A stretch of 62,425 nucleotides of DNA, filler included, from 4 parts of 4 records of this genome joined end to end with filler, not necessarily neighbours in it; one strand, 5' to 3'. Shown: positions 8,993-18,296, counted from the whole stretch's first letter. The notes: a model not told the origin generated them from the letters alone. Numbers and translations are program-made.

Positions 8993-10424
8993 ACACATCG
9001 CTACCGTATTAGGAATGGCTCTTACATTCTTTTCTATTGGACAAACAAACACGCCATGCGGTGCTCCAGCAATATCCGTTGCAACATCGTGTACCTATAC
9101 TTCAGGAACTACGGTTGGCGCGACAACTCAAACAAACGCAGCTAACGGAGGGACACCTACGTGTGGTTCAATGGGAGAAGACGTTTGGTACTCATTTGTT
9201 GCTCCTGCATCTGGTTCGGTGGTTATTTCCACACAAGCGGGAACAATAACAGATGGTGTTATGGGATTGTATTCTGGACCATGTACTGCACCAACACAAC
9301 TTGCATGTAGTGATGACGCTGTAGGTTTAATGCCACAAATTAGTAATGGATCTCTAACACCAGGTGTTACATATTACATCCGTTTCTGGAGATATGGTGG
9401 TGGAACAGGAACTTTCGGTGTGTGTGTTACAACTGCTGCTCCTGCACCAACAAATACTTCATGCAACGTTCCCAATCCAATTTGCTCTGGGAGTGCTATT
9501 ACTTTTACTGCACAAGCGAATGGAACATCAGCTAGCGTAGTAAACCCAGGGAATAATTATGATTGTTTATTTACATCTCCAAATCCATCATGGTATTACT
9601 TGCAAATTGCCAATCCAGGTAACCTTGCAATCGATATCACGGCAGGATCCGATGTAGATTTTGAGCTTTGGGGTCCATTTCCAAATTTAGCGAATGCAAT
9701 AGCCAATTGTAATCTCTATGGTGTTCCTGTAGACTGTAGTTATTCAACTTCAGCTGTAGAGCAAGCAAATGCAAATGGTGTTCTAGCAGGACAAGTTTAT
9801 GTGTTACTCGTTACAAATTATGCAAACACTGTTCAAACGATTACAGTAAACGATGCTCCATCAAATACGGCAACAACGGATTGTTCTATTGTTCCATTGC
9901 CTGTTGAGTTTGATGATTTTTCTGGAGCATTCGTAAGTGATCAAGTGGAATTATCTTGGATCACTGCTTCCGAAAAAAACAACGATTACTTTATTGTAGA
10001 GCATTCTGCTGATGGGAAAGTTTGGTCTGCTTTTGACCTAGTTCAAGGAGCGGGAAATTCAACTAACACAATCTATTACAACGCAACACATCGTAACCCA
10101 ACGAGCGGGATGAATTACTATCGAATTAAGCAATTTGACAATGACGGAACAACAAGCATTTCTGATGTGATTTCAATCTCAACGGAAAGCTACAACTCTA
10201 TTCGTCTTGTTCCGAATCCAGCGCAAGAAAACGTATTTGTTCACTCTGCAGAAACGTTTAGTTCAGTACAAGTAATTGACTTAAATGGAAACAAACTCAT
10301 TCAGAAAGAATTTGGAGGTGTTAAACAAGCTTCTTTGGATGTAAGAGAATTGTCGTCTGGAGTTTACTTCGTTCAAGTAGAGAACGCAAGTGGAACACAA
10401 ATTCAACGACTTGTAGTACAATAG
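8976..10424 (+). CDS. Cys-rich secreted protein with T9SS type A C-terminal sorting domain
   Basis: Signal peptide from ATG 8976, PLPVEF...W-ITASEKNNDYF Ig-like domain, CTD LVPNPA...LSSGVYFVQV...RLVVQ. Confidence 0.9.
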   Translation: MKLSTKHIATVLGMALTFFSIGQTNTPCGAPAISVATSCTYTSGTTVGATTQTNAANGGTPTCGSMGEDVWYSFVAPASGSVVISTQAGTITDGVMGLYSGPCTAPTQLACSDDAVGLMPQISNGSLTPGVTYYIRFWRYGGGTGTFGVCVTTAAPAPTNTSCNVPNPICSGSAITFTAQANGTSASVVNPGNNYDCLFTSPNPSWYYLQIANPGNLAIDITAGSDVDFELWGPFPNLANAIANCNLYGVPVDCSYSTSAVEQANANGVLAGQVYVLLVTNYANTVQTITVNDAPSNTATTDCSIVPLPVEFDDFSGAFVSDQVELSWITASEKNNDYFIVEHSADGKVWSAFDLVQGAGNSTNTIYYNATHRNPTSGMNYYRIKQFDNDGTTSISDVISISTESYNSIRLVPNPAQENVFVHSAETFSSVQVIDLNGNKLIQKEFGGVKQASLDVRELSSGVYFVQVENASGTQIQRLVVQ

Positions 10425-10442
10425 AATCAAAAATAATGTTAG

Positions 10443-10473
10443 AAAACGCGGCTAGTAAGTCGCGTTTTTTTTT
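10443..10473 (+). terminator. Rho-independent terminator
   Basis: AAAACGCGGC-TAGTAA-GTCGCGTTTT followed by a T-run. Confidence 0.8.
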
Positions 10474-10606
10474 ACCCAATAAATTCAATCAAAACAACCT
10501 CCAAATAACCAAAATTCAGTTTCAAAAATAATCCATCTAGACCTCCCTGAATGACAAAGAGAAACTAAAAAGCCCGTTCATCTTACAATTAATCTCGTAT
10601 ATTGTC

Positions 10607-11335
10607 GTGAAAAACACCACTATGGGGAACGCTTTAGGGCTTATCGATTTCTTAACTTACGGCGCTATTGGTATCGCACTTGCGTTGTCCATCCTTTCTT
10701 ATCACCTCCTCTCAAAAGAGCAAAAACGCGAGGAAGTAAGAGAAATCATGCTTAAATACATCCGAACTTTCTTCCTGCTTTCGATTATTCTTTCACTCTT
10801 TTTTGGGGTTACGGAAATCGTCAAAGCTTCCTCTACTGATGATCAATCCACACGAGAAGCTGTTATTTCTGAGATCTGGAACGCTGAATTAAAATCGGAG
10901 AAAGACGTTTCCACCTATGATAAACAATTGCGCATTCTCGAATACATTCGTCTCGGCAAGAATGCTGGACAGACGACCGAATGCGACACACGCGAGCTAG
11001 AGTCAAAACTAAAGGAGCTGGAAGCATTGAATAAATCACTGGGCAGTGGGTTTTATGCGAACATCAACAAGCTTAGAAAGAGAATCAGTGAATTTGCGGA
11101 CAACAACATTAATTTGTTTTTCGACAAAGACAAGAAAGAAGATATTTTCAAACTTCTAGAGGAGATCTTCATCAGTTTAGGAGAGTTTGAATCGAGTAAT
11201 CAACCAATCTCAGAAATTCAGAATACATGGATGAAATTCAAATCCAATGTCGCAATCCATGACCGTAAATATGTGTTTCCATCGGACGTTTCACTTCTCG
11301 TTAGGGCATATTTGGATAAATTCCCAACGAACTGA
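10607..11335 (+). CDS. Hypothetical membrane protein (two N-terminal TM helices, soluble coiled-coil C-terminus)
   Basis: 242-aa ORF, two hydrophobic segments in the first ~75 aa, no family recognised. Confidence 0.7.
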   Translation: MKNTTMGNALGLIDFLTYGAIGIALALSILSYHLLSKEQKREEVREIMLKYIRTFFLLSIILSLFFGVTEIVKASSTDDQSTREAVISEIWNAELKSEKDVSTYDKQLRILEYIRLGKNAGQTTECDTRELESKLKELEALNKSLGSGFYANINKLRKRISEFADNNINLFFDKDKKEDIFKLLEEIFISLGEFESSNQPISEIQNTWMKFKSNVAIHDRKYVFPSDVSLLVRAYLDKFPTN

Positions 11336-11376
11336 CTCATCGTTTAGGACTCCACGTCGTTTCCATCTTTTATTGC

Positions 11377-11413
11377 AAAAAAAAAGCACCTTCACATTAT
11401 CGCTCAGGTGCTT
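11377..11413 (-). terminator. Probable terminator of paaZ
   Basis: A-run followed by AAGCACCT...AGGTGCTT inverted repeat. Confidence 0.55.
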
Positions 11414-11436
11414 ATTACATTTTATATCGTCTCCTT

Positions 11437-13488
11437 CTATTTCGATTGATCTAGTTTTCTTACCATCGTCAAAATCGTAGCTAAACCAACTGTTTCGCCC
11501 GTTTCGTCATAAATATCCACCAAGAATTTTACAATTCCTTTAGCGATATCCTCCTCTGATTTCTTTTCCTGATCGATTTTCTCTTTTACCGTGAAGCGCA
11601 CACCTATTGTTGCTCCAGCGTAAACTGGTTTTGTGAATCGTGCTTCATCAATTCCGTAGTTCAATAAAACGGGTCCTTTTTTAGGATCGACAAATAAACC
11701 AGCTGCTTTTGAAAGAATAAAATATCCATGAGCCACGCGCTTTTCGAAGATTGTTCCGTCCAAAGACGTTTCGTCCATGTGTGCATAGAAATTATCTCCA
11801 GAAACATTCGCGAAATTTACAATATCCGTTTCCGTAACCGTATGCTTGTGCGTGAATACCGTCTCTCCAACGATCAACTCCTCAAAATGCTTTCTAAACA
11901 CATGTGGATTCGCTTCAGGCATTGCCGCTCCGACTTGAAACTGCTGTGTAATCTCTGTAATTGTCGTTGGGTGACCTTGAATCGACGTTCGTTGCAAATA
12001 ATGCAATACACCGCGTTTACCACCCATTTCTTCACCACCACCAGCTCTACCAGGACCTCCATGCGTTAACAACGGCATCGGAGAACCATGTCCAGTGCTT
12101 TCTTTCGCACATGCTTCGTTCAATACTAAAATCCGTCCATGCATACTTGCTGCACCAACCACATATTCTCTCGCTTCGTTATCATCTGGAGTCACGATGG
12201 ATGAAACCAACGATCCTTTCCCCATCCGCGCAAGTTCAATCGCATCGTCGAGTGTTTTGTAAGGCATGATTGTAGAAACGGGCCCAAATGCTTCCACATT
12301 GTGAACATCCGTTTTCGTGTATGGATCGTCGTTTCTAAATAAAATCGGAGAGAAAAACGCTCCTTTATCCTTATCTCCACCAATCACTTCAAATTCATCC
12401 ATGTTCCCATAAACAATTTGCTGCGATTTTGCCAAAAGATCTACACTTTCTCGAACTCGATCTACTTGAGTTCTCGTTGCAAGCGCGCCCATGCGAACCC
12501 CTTCCACGCTTGGATCGCCAATCTTCGTACTTGCCAATCTCGACATAATTCCTTGCTGAACCTCTTCGATCAAATTTTCAGGAACGATTATTCTTCGTAC
12601 CGCAGTACATTTTTGACCAGCTTTCACTGTAATTTCTTTGGTCGTTTCCTTTATGAAAAGATCAAACTCTGCCGTTCCTGGAGTAGCTTTCTCTCCCAAA
12701 ATGGTTGCATTCAATGAATCCGCCTCTAAGTTAAACGGAACACTTTCTTGCAAAATGATTGGAAGTCCTTTTAATAACTTTCCTGTGTGAGCGCTTCCTG
12801 TAAACGTCACTACATCTTCAGAAGTTACGTGATCGAGAATTCCTCTTCCCAGTCCACACACCAATTGTAATGAACCTTCGGGTAAAATTTTTGAATCGAT
12901 AATATCTCTTACCATCACCTCTGTGAGGTAGCAAGTATATTCGGATGGTTTCACAACGGCAGGTACTCCAGCCATTAAATTCACCGCGATTTTTTCAAGC
13001 ATTCCCCAGATTGGAAAATTGAATGCATTAATGTGAATCGCGACACCTTGTTTCGGCGTCATAATGTGGTGACCGATAAACGTTCCATTTTTCGAAAGTG
13101 GTGCTGCGTTTCCATCCACATAATAAGGTAAATCAGGAAATTGTCGTCTCAATGAAGCATTCGCGAAAATATTTCCAATTCCTCCTTCGATATCAATCCA
13201 AGAATCGATTTTTGTTGCACCAGTCCATGAACTTACCTGATAATATTTTTCTTTTTTGGTCAGCAAATGAAGCGCCAATGCTTTAAGCATTCTACCTCTT
13301 TCTTGAAAAGTCATTTTTCTCAATTGACTTCCGCCTTTCTTTCTTCCGTAGTCCAAAATCCGCTCATAATCAAGCCCTGCGCTCGAAGTTACACCGAATT
13401 GATCTCCCGTAATCGCATTGTATAAATTCGTTTCTGTTCCTTCACCATTCACCCATTCGCCCTGAACATAACTTTGATATCTTTGCAT
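11437..13488 (-). CDS. paaZ: Bifunctional oxepin-CoA hydrolase / 3-oxo-5,6-dehydrosuberyl-CoA semialdehyde dehydrogenase PaaZ
   Basis: ALDH domain (INAFNFPIWG, FTGS, EADSLN, GQKCTA, EAFGP) fused to a C-terminal MaoC hotdog domain (SGDNFYAHMD, VAHG). Confidence 0.93.
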   Translation of the reverse strand: MQRYQSYVQGEWVNGEGTETNLYNAITGDQFGVTSSAGLDYERILDYGRKKGGSQLRKMTFQERGRMLKALALHLLTKKEKYYQVSSWTGATKIDSWIDIEGGIGNIFANASLRRQFPDLPYYVDGNAAPLSKNGTFIGHHIMTPKQGVAIHINAFNFPIWGMLEKIAVNLMAGVPAVVKPSEYTCYLTEVMVRDIIDSKILPEGSLQLVCGLGRGILDHVTSEDVVTFTGSAHTGKLLKGLPIILQESVPFNLEADSLNATILGEKATPGTAEFDLFIKETTKEITVKAGQKCTAVRRIIVPENLIEEVQQGIMSRLASTKIGDPSVEGVRMGALATRTQVDRVRESVDLLAKSQQIVYGNMDEFEVIGGDKDKGAFFSPILFRNDDPYTKTDVHNVEAFGPVSTIMPYKTLDDAIELARMGKGSLVSSIVTPDDNEAREYVVGAASMHGRILVLNEACAKESTGHGSPMPLLTHGGPGRAGGGEEMGGKRGVLHYLQRTSIQGHPTTITEITQQFQVGAAMPEANPHVFRKHFEELIVGETVFTHKHTVTETDIVNFANVSGDNFYAHMDETSLDGTIFEKRVAHGYFILSKAAGLFVDPKKGPVLLNYGIDEARFTKPVYAGATIGVRFTVKEKIDQEKKSEEDIAKGIVKFLVDIYDETGETVGLATILTMVRKLDQSK

Positions 13489-13536
13489 AATTTCCTTAGT
13501 TTTATTGGCTTAAATATAAACCATTTGATGGGTTAA

Positions 13537-13971
13537 ATGACATTCGAAAAGGAATATATCGCCTTATTTAAATCAGAGATTCTTCATAAAGTAGTCTTTG
13601 ATGATGTTGTTTATACGCTCTATAAAAACCGTATTTTGCATGTGCGATTTCCTCAAATGAAACGGGCAACTATCGATCATATTGAAGTTGGAAATAAGTT
13701 CATGGAAGAACATTCTGACGGTCGATATTACAATATTTTTGAATTGTCCTCCTTTGTAGATGTTGATCCGGAAGTTAGAGCTTGGGCAGCAGATAAAAAC
13801 GGGAACAACTACACCCACACGGATGCAATTATTATTGATAGCCTTTCTCAAAAAATAATCACTGATTTCTACTTGAAATTCAACAAGCCGATTCGTCCAA
13901 CAAAGGTGTTTTACTCGATCGAAAAGGCAGTTGCTTGGACGTTTGATCAAATGAAAAAAAGAGGTGATTGA
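13537..13971 (+). CDS. Hypothetical STAS/SEC14 (SpoIIAA-like) small protein
   Basis: C-terminal AIII...KIITDFYLKFNKP-RPTKVF...A-AW pattern typical of this Bacteroidota family. Confidence 0.65.
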   Translation: MTFEKEYIALFKSEILHKVVFDDVVYTLYKNRILHVRFPQMKRATIDHIEVGNKFMEEHSDGRYYNIFELSSFVDVDPEVRAWAADKNGNNYTHTDAIIIDSLSQKIITDFYLKFNKPIRPTKVFYSIEKAVAWTFDQMKKRGD

Positions 13972-14040
13972 GAGTGCTTCGTCGTTTAATGAGCAAAGGT
14001 AAAAGACTCAGAATTCGCACGAATCTCATTTAACGTTTCG

Positions 14041-14140
14041 NNNNNNNNNNNNNNNNNNNNNNNNNNNNNNNNNNNNNNNNNNNNTTAATTAATTAANNNN
14101 NNNNNNNNNNNNNNNNNNNNNNNNNNNNNNNNNNNNNNNN
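14041..14140. other. Artificial contig-joining spacer
   Basis: 44 N + TTAATTAATTAA (stops in all six frames) + 44 N. Confidence 0.98.
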
Positions 14141-14380
14141 CAATCTATAGGTGAAGAAACTAATAGTAATTTAATTCTATTACCTAATTCTCCACAAGCA
14201 GGTAGCGATATGTTGAATAATATGATCGCAAGTTTTGTGGCTTCAAACCAAATAGGTGAAGAGATGAAAAAACGCAACGAACAATTGGGTTTAAAAACAC
14301 CTAAGAAAAAAGACAAGCCAAAACCTGAATCAGGTTATGATGATGACTTTGATGCAGACGACGATCTTTCTACTTTGTAG
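14141..14380 (+). CDS. SPFH/band-7 domain protein, 3' fragment (not in the ORF track)
   Basis: Open frame from the contig edge: QSIGEETNSNLILLPNSPQAGSDMLNNMIASF...DDDLSTL*, matching the C-terminus of flavobacterial SPFH proteins. Confidence 0.75.
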   Translation, partial: QSIGEETNSNLILLPNSPQAGSDMLNNMIASFVASNQIGEEMKKRNEQLGLKTPKKKDKPKPESGYDDDFDADDDLSTL

Positions 14381-14425
14381 ATTTAAAAGCAAATTCAAGG
14401 TGTTCTAAACCTTGAAACGGGCAAT

Positions 14426-14458
14426 AAAAAAACCGGAGCATAAACTCCGGTTTTTTTT
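14426..14458. terminator. Bidirectional rho-independent terminator
   Basis: AAAAAAACCGGAG-CATAAA-CTCCGGTTTTTTTT between convergent genes. Confidence 0.9.
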
Positions 14459-14480
14459 ATTTTTCTTTTTCTATAACAAT

Positions 14481-14723
14481 TTATTTGTTGTCGTCTATAT
14501 TTTTAACCTTGACTTTTTTGATACCTAAAATCTTGTTCACAGCTTTAAGAACGATGGTTTTTTGAACGATCGCTCCTACTGATCCTGCGACTAAACTTAC
14601 CGGAGAAAATGCTGCTTTAGTATCATTAATACTTAGTTTAAGTTGCTCTTCATCAATCTGCTGTTGCAACTTTAATATTCTAAGATCTTGTTCTATCTGA
14701 TCAAATGATTTATATACTTTCAT
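14481..14723 (-). CDS. DUF6327-like small protein
   Basis: Y-SF-QIE-DL-IL-LQ-QID-E-LK pattern; last gene of the ytxH operon. Confidence 0.7.
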   Translation of the reverse strand: MKVYKSFDQIEQDLRILKLQQQIDEEQLKLSINDTKAAFSPVSLVAGSVGAIVQKTIVLKAVNKILGIKKVKVKNIDDNK

Positions 14724-14725
14724 AA

Positions 14726-15124
14726 TTACTCTTGTAAGTGTTTAAATTCTTCATCTAACACATCCTCTTGCGATGATTCATTAAAAAATACTTTAGAATA
14801 TTTTCTGAGTACAATTTCGGTAATAAATGGTTTACCAAATAATTTATACAGCACATAAATCACAAGATAAATACCTGCTACAATAAAATAACCATAGCTC
14901 AAACTACCCAGTGATTCTCCAATTACTATAGCAACTCCGACCGAGATAAAAAGTATAAAAATCAAAAAGATGCTGCCGCTAACCATTAGATTTACTAAGG
15001 ATACAGCACCATCCATCATCTTTTTAAAACTATCTAATTTGTAATATTCTAGACTACTGTTTAGATACTTTTTAGCATCGTCTGAAACTTTACTAATATG
15101 TTCTGAAAGATTAAATATAGACAT
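14726..15124 (-). CDS. Phage-holin-family (Holin-X/YqjE-like) two-TM membrane protein
   Basis: Soluble N-terminal helix with EYYKL, two TM helices, GYFIVAG motif. Confidence 0.75.
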   Translation of the reverse strand: MSIFNLSEHISKVSDDAKKYLNSSLEYYKLDSFKKMMDGAVSLVNLMVSGSIFLIFILFISVGVAIVIGESLGSLSYGYFIVAGIYLVIYVLYKLFGKPFITEIVLRKYSKVFFNESSQEDVLDEEFKHLQE

Positions 15125-15130
15125 GCACCC

Positions 15131-15505
15131 TTATGCTTTTGCAGTTGGTACATCAATATCTTTTACTTCCTCAACTACTTCTGTAGTCGCTTTAGCATTT
15201 TTCTTTCTTAATTCTTCAAGCTTCTTTTCCATAGAAACTAAAATGTTATCTGCTTTTGAGCTCGCAGTCTTTAAAGTATCTTCAAGTTTAGCGTCAAAAG
15301 ATTTTTTAGCCTCTTTTGCAGATGCAGATAAATGATCTGAGGTCTCTTGAATTTGCTTTTCTAGTTTCTTCTTAGCTTCTTTTGCGTTTTTAGAAATTTT
15401 CTTTCTTGTTTTATCGCCGCTTTCCGGTGCATATAATAAGCCAAGTCCTGCTCCAATTGCTGCTCCCGTTACTAATGCTAAAATGGTATTACTTGTTTTT
15501 GACAT
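15131..15505 (-). CDS. YtxH domain protein
   Basis: GAAIGAGLGLLYAPESG-KTRKK signature followed by a Lys/Glu-rich helix; TACTTTTG promoter at 15528-15535 (-). Confidence 0.9.
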   Translation of the reverse strand: MSKTSNTILALVTGAAIGAGLGLLYAPESGDKTRKKISKNAKEAKKKLEKQIQETSDHLSASAKEAKKSFDAKLEDTLKTASSKADNILVSMEKKLEELRKKNAKATTEVVEEVKDIDVPTAKA

Positions 15506-15603
15506 GGTGATTGTTTTTTGTTATGCTCAAAAGTAATAATGTTAAAATCTAATCTCCGTTAATAACCGGTTAATAAATTGAATATTAACCTTAAAGGTAT
15601 GCT

Positions 15604-15629
15604 AAAAAAGGGCCACGAGGGCCCTTTTT
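15604..15629 (-). terminator. Rho-independent terminator of glnS
   Basis: AAAAAAGGGCC-ACGAG-GGCCCTTTTT. Confidence 0.8.
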
Positions 15630-15651
15630 CTATAACTATGCTTAGATAATA

Positions 15652-17682
15652 TTATAGGTTGTTAATCGAATTTTCTAAGAGTTCATTTCCTGAGGTTTTC
15701 ATTTCTTCAAGATAAGCTGCCACTTCTTCATTCTTTTGGTCAACTTTATTCAACTGAATTAAAACAATCAAGGTTTCTAAAACCGCTAGACGTGTACCTA
15801 TCTTCTTAGCTGAAGTATTAAACAACTCTTTAAGTTCTTCATAATCAACATCTTTAGCTAGTTCGCGAATTCTCGCAATCGCCTTTACCCGCTTTTCATC
15901 TGGAATTTGCGCCAGCTTCTTCCCTACTTTTTTGATTTCATTTAATGCAGGGATTTGTGGAATTTGCTTTTTAGGTGCCGCTTTAGGCTGCTCTTGTTTA
16001 GTCGATTTTGATTCAACTTTTGCCCAAGTATCGCGTAATCCCACAGTTTTATTAAAGACTAAATTTTCTGAAGTACTGTCTTTATCAACATTAAAATAGC
16101 CTAAGCGCTGAAACTGAAAAATATCCATCGGCTGTACCTCGCTAAGACTTGGTTCTAAATAACCGGTAATGGTTTCCAAAGAATTAGGATTAAGATGTTC
16201 CATAAAATCAACCTCTTTGTCACCATCTGGAGACTCGTGATTGAACAAACGATCATACAAACGCACCTCAGCTTTTATAGCGTGCTTAATTGAAACCCAA
16301 TGCAAGGTTCCTTTTACTTTACGTAGACTTGCTTCGGTACCGCTTCCACTTCGAGAATCGGCATCGTATGTACAGTGAATTTCGGTAATGTTTCCGTTAG
16401 CATCCTTAACCACAGATTCTCCTTTGATGATATACGCATTCTTTAAACGCACTTCCCTACCTAAAGTAAGTCTGAAGTATTTGCTGTTTGCGTTTTCTTT
16501 AAAATCATCCTTCTCGATGTATAATTCTTTGGAAAAAGGCACTTTTCTAAATCCTGCACTTTCATCTTCCTGATTGTTTTCGGCTTCTAACCATTCTTCC
16601 TGATCTTCAGGATAATTGGTGATGACCAATTTTACCGGATCCAAAACGGCCATAACGCGTGGCGCTGTTTTGTTAAGATCTTCACGAACATTGAATTCTA
16701 AAAGCGAAACATCAATCACATTGTCGCGTTTTGCAACCCCAACGGCATCTATAAAATTACGTATCGCAGCCGGCGTATACCCACGTCTTCTGATCCCTGA
16801 AATGGTAGGCATTCTAGGATCATCCCAACCGCTTACGATACCTTCTTGCACGAGCTTAAGCAACTTACGCTTACTCATGATCGTATAGCTCAAGTTTAAG
16901 CGCGCAAATTCGCGTTGTTTGGGTTTAATACCATTTGTATACACATTATCCACAAACCACTCATAAAGCGGTCTGTGCGGCTTAAATTCAAGCGAACACA
17001 AACTGTGTGAAACTTGCTCTACATAATCGCTCTCTCCGTGTGCCCAGTCATACATTGGATAAATATTCCAGGTGTTCCCTGTACGGTGGTGCGCTTTGTT
17101 AATAACGCGATACATAATAGGATCACGTAATAACATATTAGGGGATTGCATATCTATTTTGGCGCGTAGAACGTGTACACCTTCAGCAAATTCACCTTTA
17201 GCCATTTTTTCAAACAGCTCTAAATTTTTTTCTACGGAACGCTCCCGGTACGGACTGTTAGTTCCGGGTTCTGTAGGGGTTCCTTTTTGATCAGCCATGG
17301 CTTCACTAGACTGTGAATCAATATACGCTTTGCCATCTTTTATAAGCTGAATCGCCCAATCGTATAACTGCTGAAAATAGTCTGAAGAATAACAAACTTT
17401 ATCCCACTTGAAGCCTAACCATTTAATATCTTCCTGAATCGCATCTACATATTCCTGCTCTTCCTTAGAAGGATTAGTATCATCAAATCTCAAGTTTACC
17501 GGCGCATTGTACTTCTCACCCAGTCCAAAACTGATGCAAATAGCCTTGCAATGCCCAATGTGTAAATAACCATTAGGTTCCGGTGGAAATCTAAAGCGTA
17601 AATCTTCTTTGGGAAATCCGTTAGTAATATCTTCTTCTACGATTTGCTCTAAAAAATTAAGAGCTACATAATCTTCTGCCAT
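15652..17682 (-). CDS. glnS: Glutamine--tRNA ligase with C-terminal appended domain
   Basis: RFPPEPNGYLHIGH (HIGH), MSKR, FQFQRLGYF; ~120 extra aa after LRDTW. Confidence 0.96.
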   Translation of the reverse strand: MAEDYVALNFLEQIVEEDITNGFPKEDLRFRFPPEPNGYLHIGHCKAICISFGLGEKYNAPVNLRFDDTNPSKEEQEYVDAIQEDIKWLGFKWDKVCYSSDYFQQLYDWAIQLIKDGKAYIDSQSSEAMADQKGTPTEPGTNSPYRERSVEKNLELFEKMAKGEFAEGVHVLRAKIDMQSPNMLLRDPIMYRVINKAHHRTGNTWNIYPMYDWAHGESDYVEQVSHSLCSLEFKPHRPLYEWFVDNVYTNGIKPKQREFARLNLSYTIMSKRKLLKLVQEGIVSGWDDPRMPTISGIRRRGYTPAAIRNFIDAVGVAKRDNVIDVSLLEFNVREDLNKTAPRVMAVLDPVKLVITNYPEDQEEWLEAENNQEDESAGFRKVPFSKELYIEKDDFKENANSKYFRLTLGREVRLKNAYIIKGESVVKDANGNITEIHCTYDADSRSGSGTEASLRKVKGTLHWVSIKHAIKAEVRLYDRLFNHESPDGDKEVDFMEHLNPNSLETITGYLEPSLSEVQPMDIFQFQRLGYFNVDKDSTSENLVFNKTVGLRDTWAKVESKSTKQEQPKAAPKKQIPQIPALNEIKKVGKKLAQIPDEKRVKAIARIRELAKDVDYEELKELFNTSAKKIGTRLAVLETLIVLIQLNKVDQKNEEVAAYLEEMKTSGNELLENSINNL

Positions 17683-17888
17683 AGCTTAATAAATGCTGAA
17701 AAATAGAATTACTCGTCTATCGAGCTTATACTGCAGTACACTATTGTTTAAATAATATACCCTATAAGTTGCCAAAAATACTAAAAATACGTGTGCTGAA
17801 ACGTGATTAACAACCTATTTAAACCTCGATAATCAAGTTCCTGCTCTGCTTTATAAATAATATCTTTACCCTATAAAATGAAGTTGTA

Positions 17889-18245
17889 ATGGGCGTTATA
17901 AAACTCAATCGCGTAAAAGTATATGCATACCACGGCTGTCTGGTAGAAGAAGGTCAGATAGGCTCTGATTATCTCGTAGATCTAAAAATAAATACAGATC
18001 TATCCTTACCGGCTCAATCTGATAACTTGAGCGATACCGTAGATTATGTACATCTCAATAAAATTATAAAAGAAGAAATGGCGCAGCGTTCTAAGCTCTT
18101 AGAGCACGTATGCGATCGTATTTTAAATCGTTCTTTATCAGAGATTTCAACAATTACAAAAGCTAAAGTTACTGTGCGTAAAATCAATCCGCCGATTGGT
18201 GGTGATGTTGCTTCGGTAGGCGTTACAATGACTAAAAAACGTTAA
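17889..18245 (+). CDS. folB: Dihydroneopterin aldolase
   Basis: YAYHGC-EE, DTVDY, LLEH, K-NPP. Confidence 0.95.
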   Translation: MGVIKLNRVKVYAYHGCLVEEGQIGSDYLVDLKINTDLSLPAQSDNLSDTVDYVHLNKIIKEEMAQRSKLLEHVCDRILNRSLSEISTITKAKVTVRKINPPIGGDVASVGVTMTKKR

Positions 18246-18271
18246 TAGCTTTTATATCTAAAGAAAAACCT

Positions 18272-18279
18272 TAAATTTG
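18272..18279 (+). promoter_or_regulatory. Bacteroidota primary-sigma -7 element (TAnnTTTG) for tRNA-Cys
   Basis: TAAATTTG 17 nt upstream of the tRNA. The same element precedes glnS (17773-17780 -), lysE (19886-19893 -), rnr (22869-22876 -), lpdA (41326-41333 -), the fibre gene (43940-43947 -), ahpC (45754-45761 +), ftsK (48095-48102 +), ribB (53202-53209 +), kdnA-like (55619-55626 -) and nitroreductase (56330-56337 -). Confidence 0.75.
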
Positions 18280-18296
18280 CAGTCCTAATTAAAAAG

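Noticed and set aside
14041..14140. Identical TTAATTAATTAA palindromes flanked by Ns (also 33435-33534 and 56509-56608) as a repeat or att site
   Set aside because: Synthetic six-frame-stop linker with identical 44-N flanks; gene adjacency across these joins has no biological meaning
14726..15124. Holin-family gene as evidence of a prophage
   Set aside because: No endolysin, integrase or structural genes; it sits in a cellular ytxH operon
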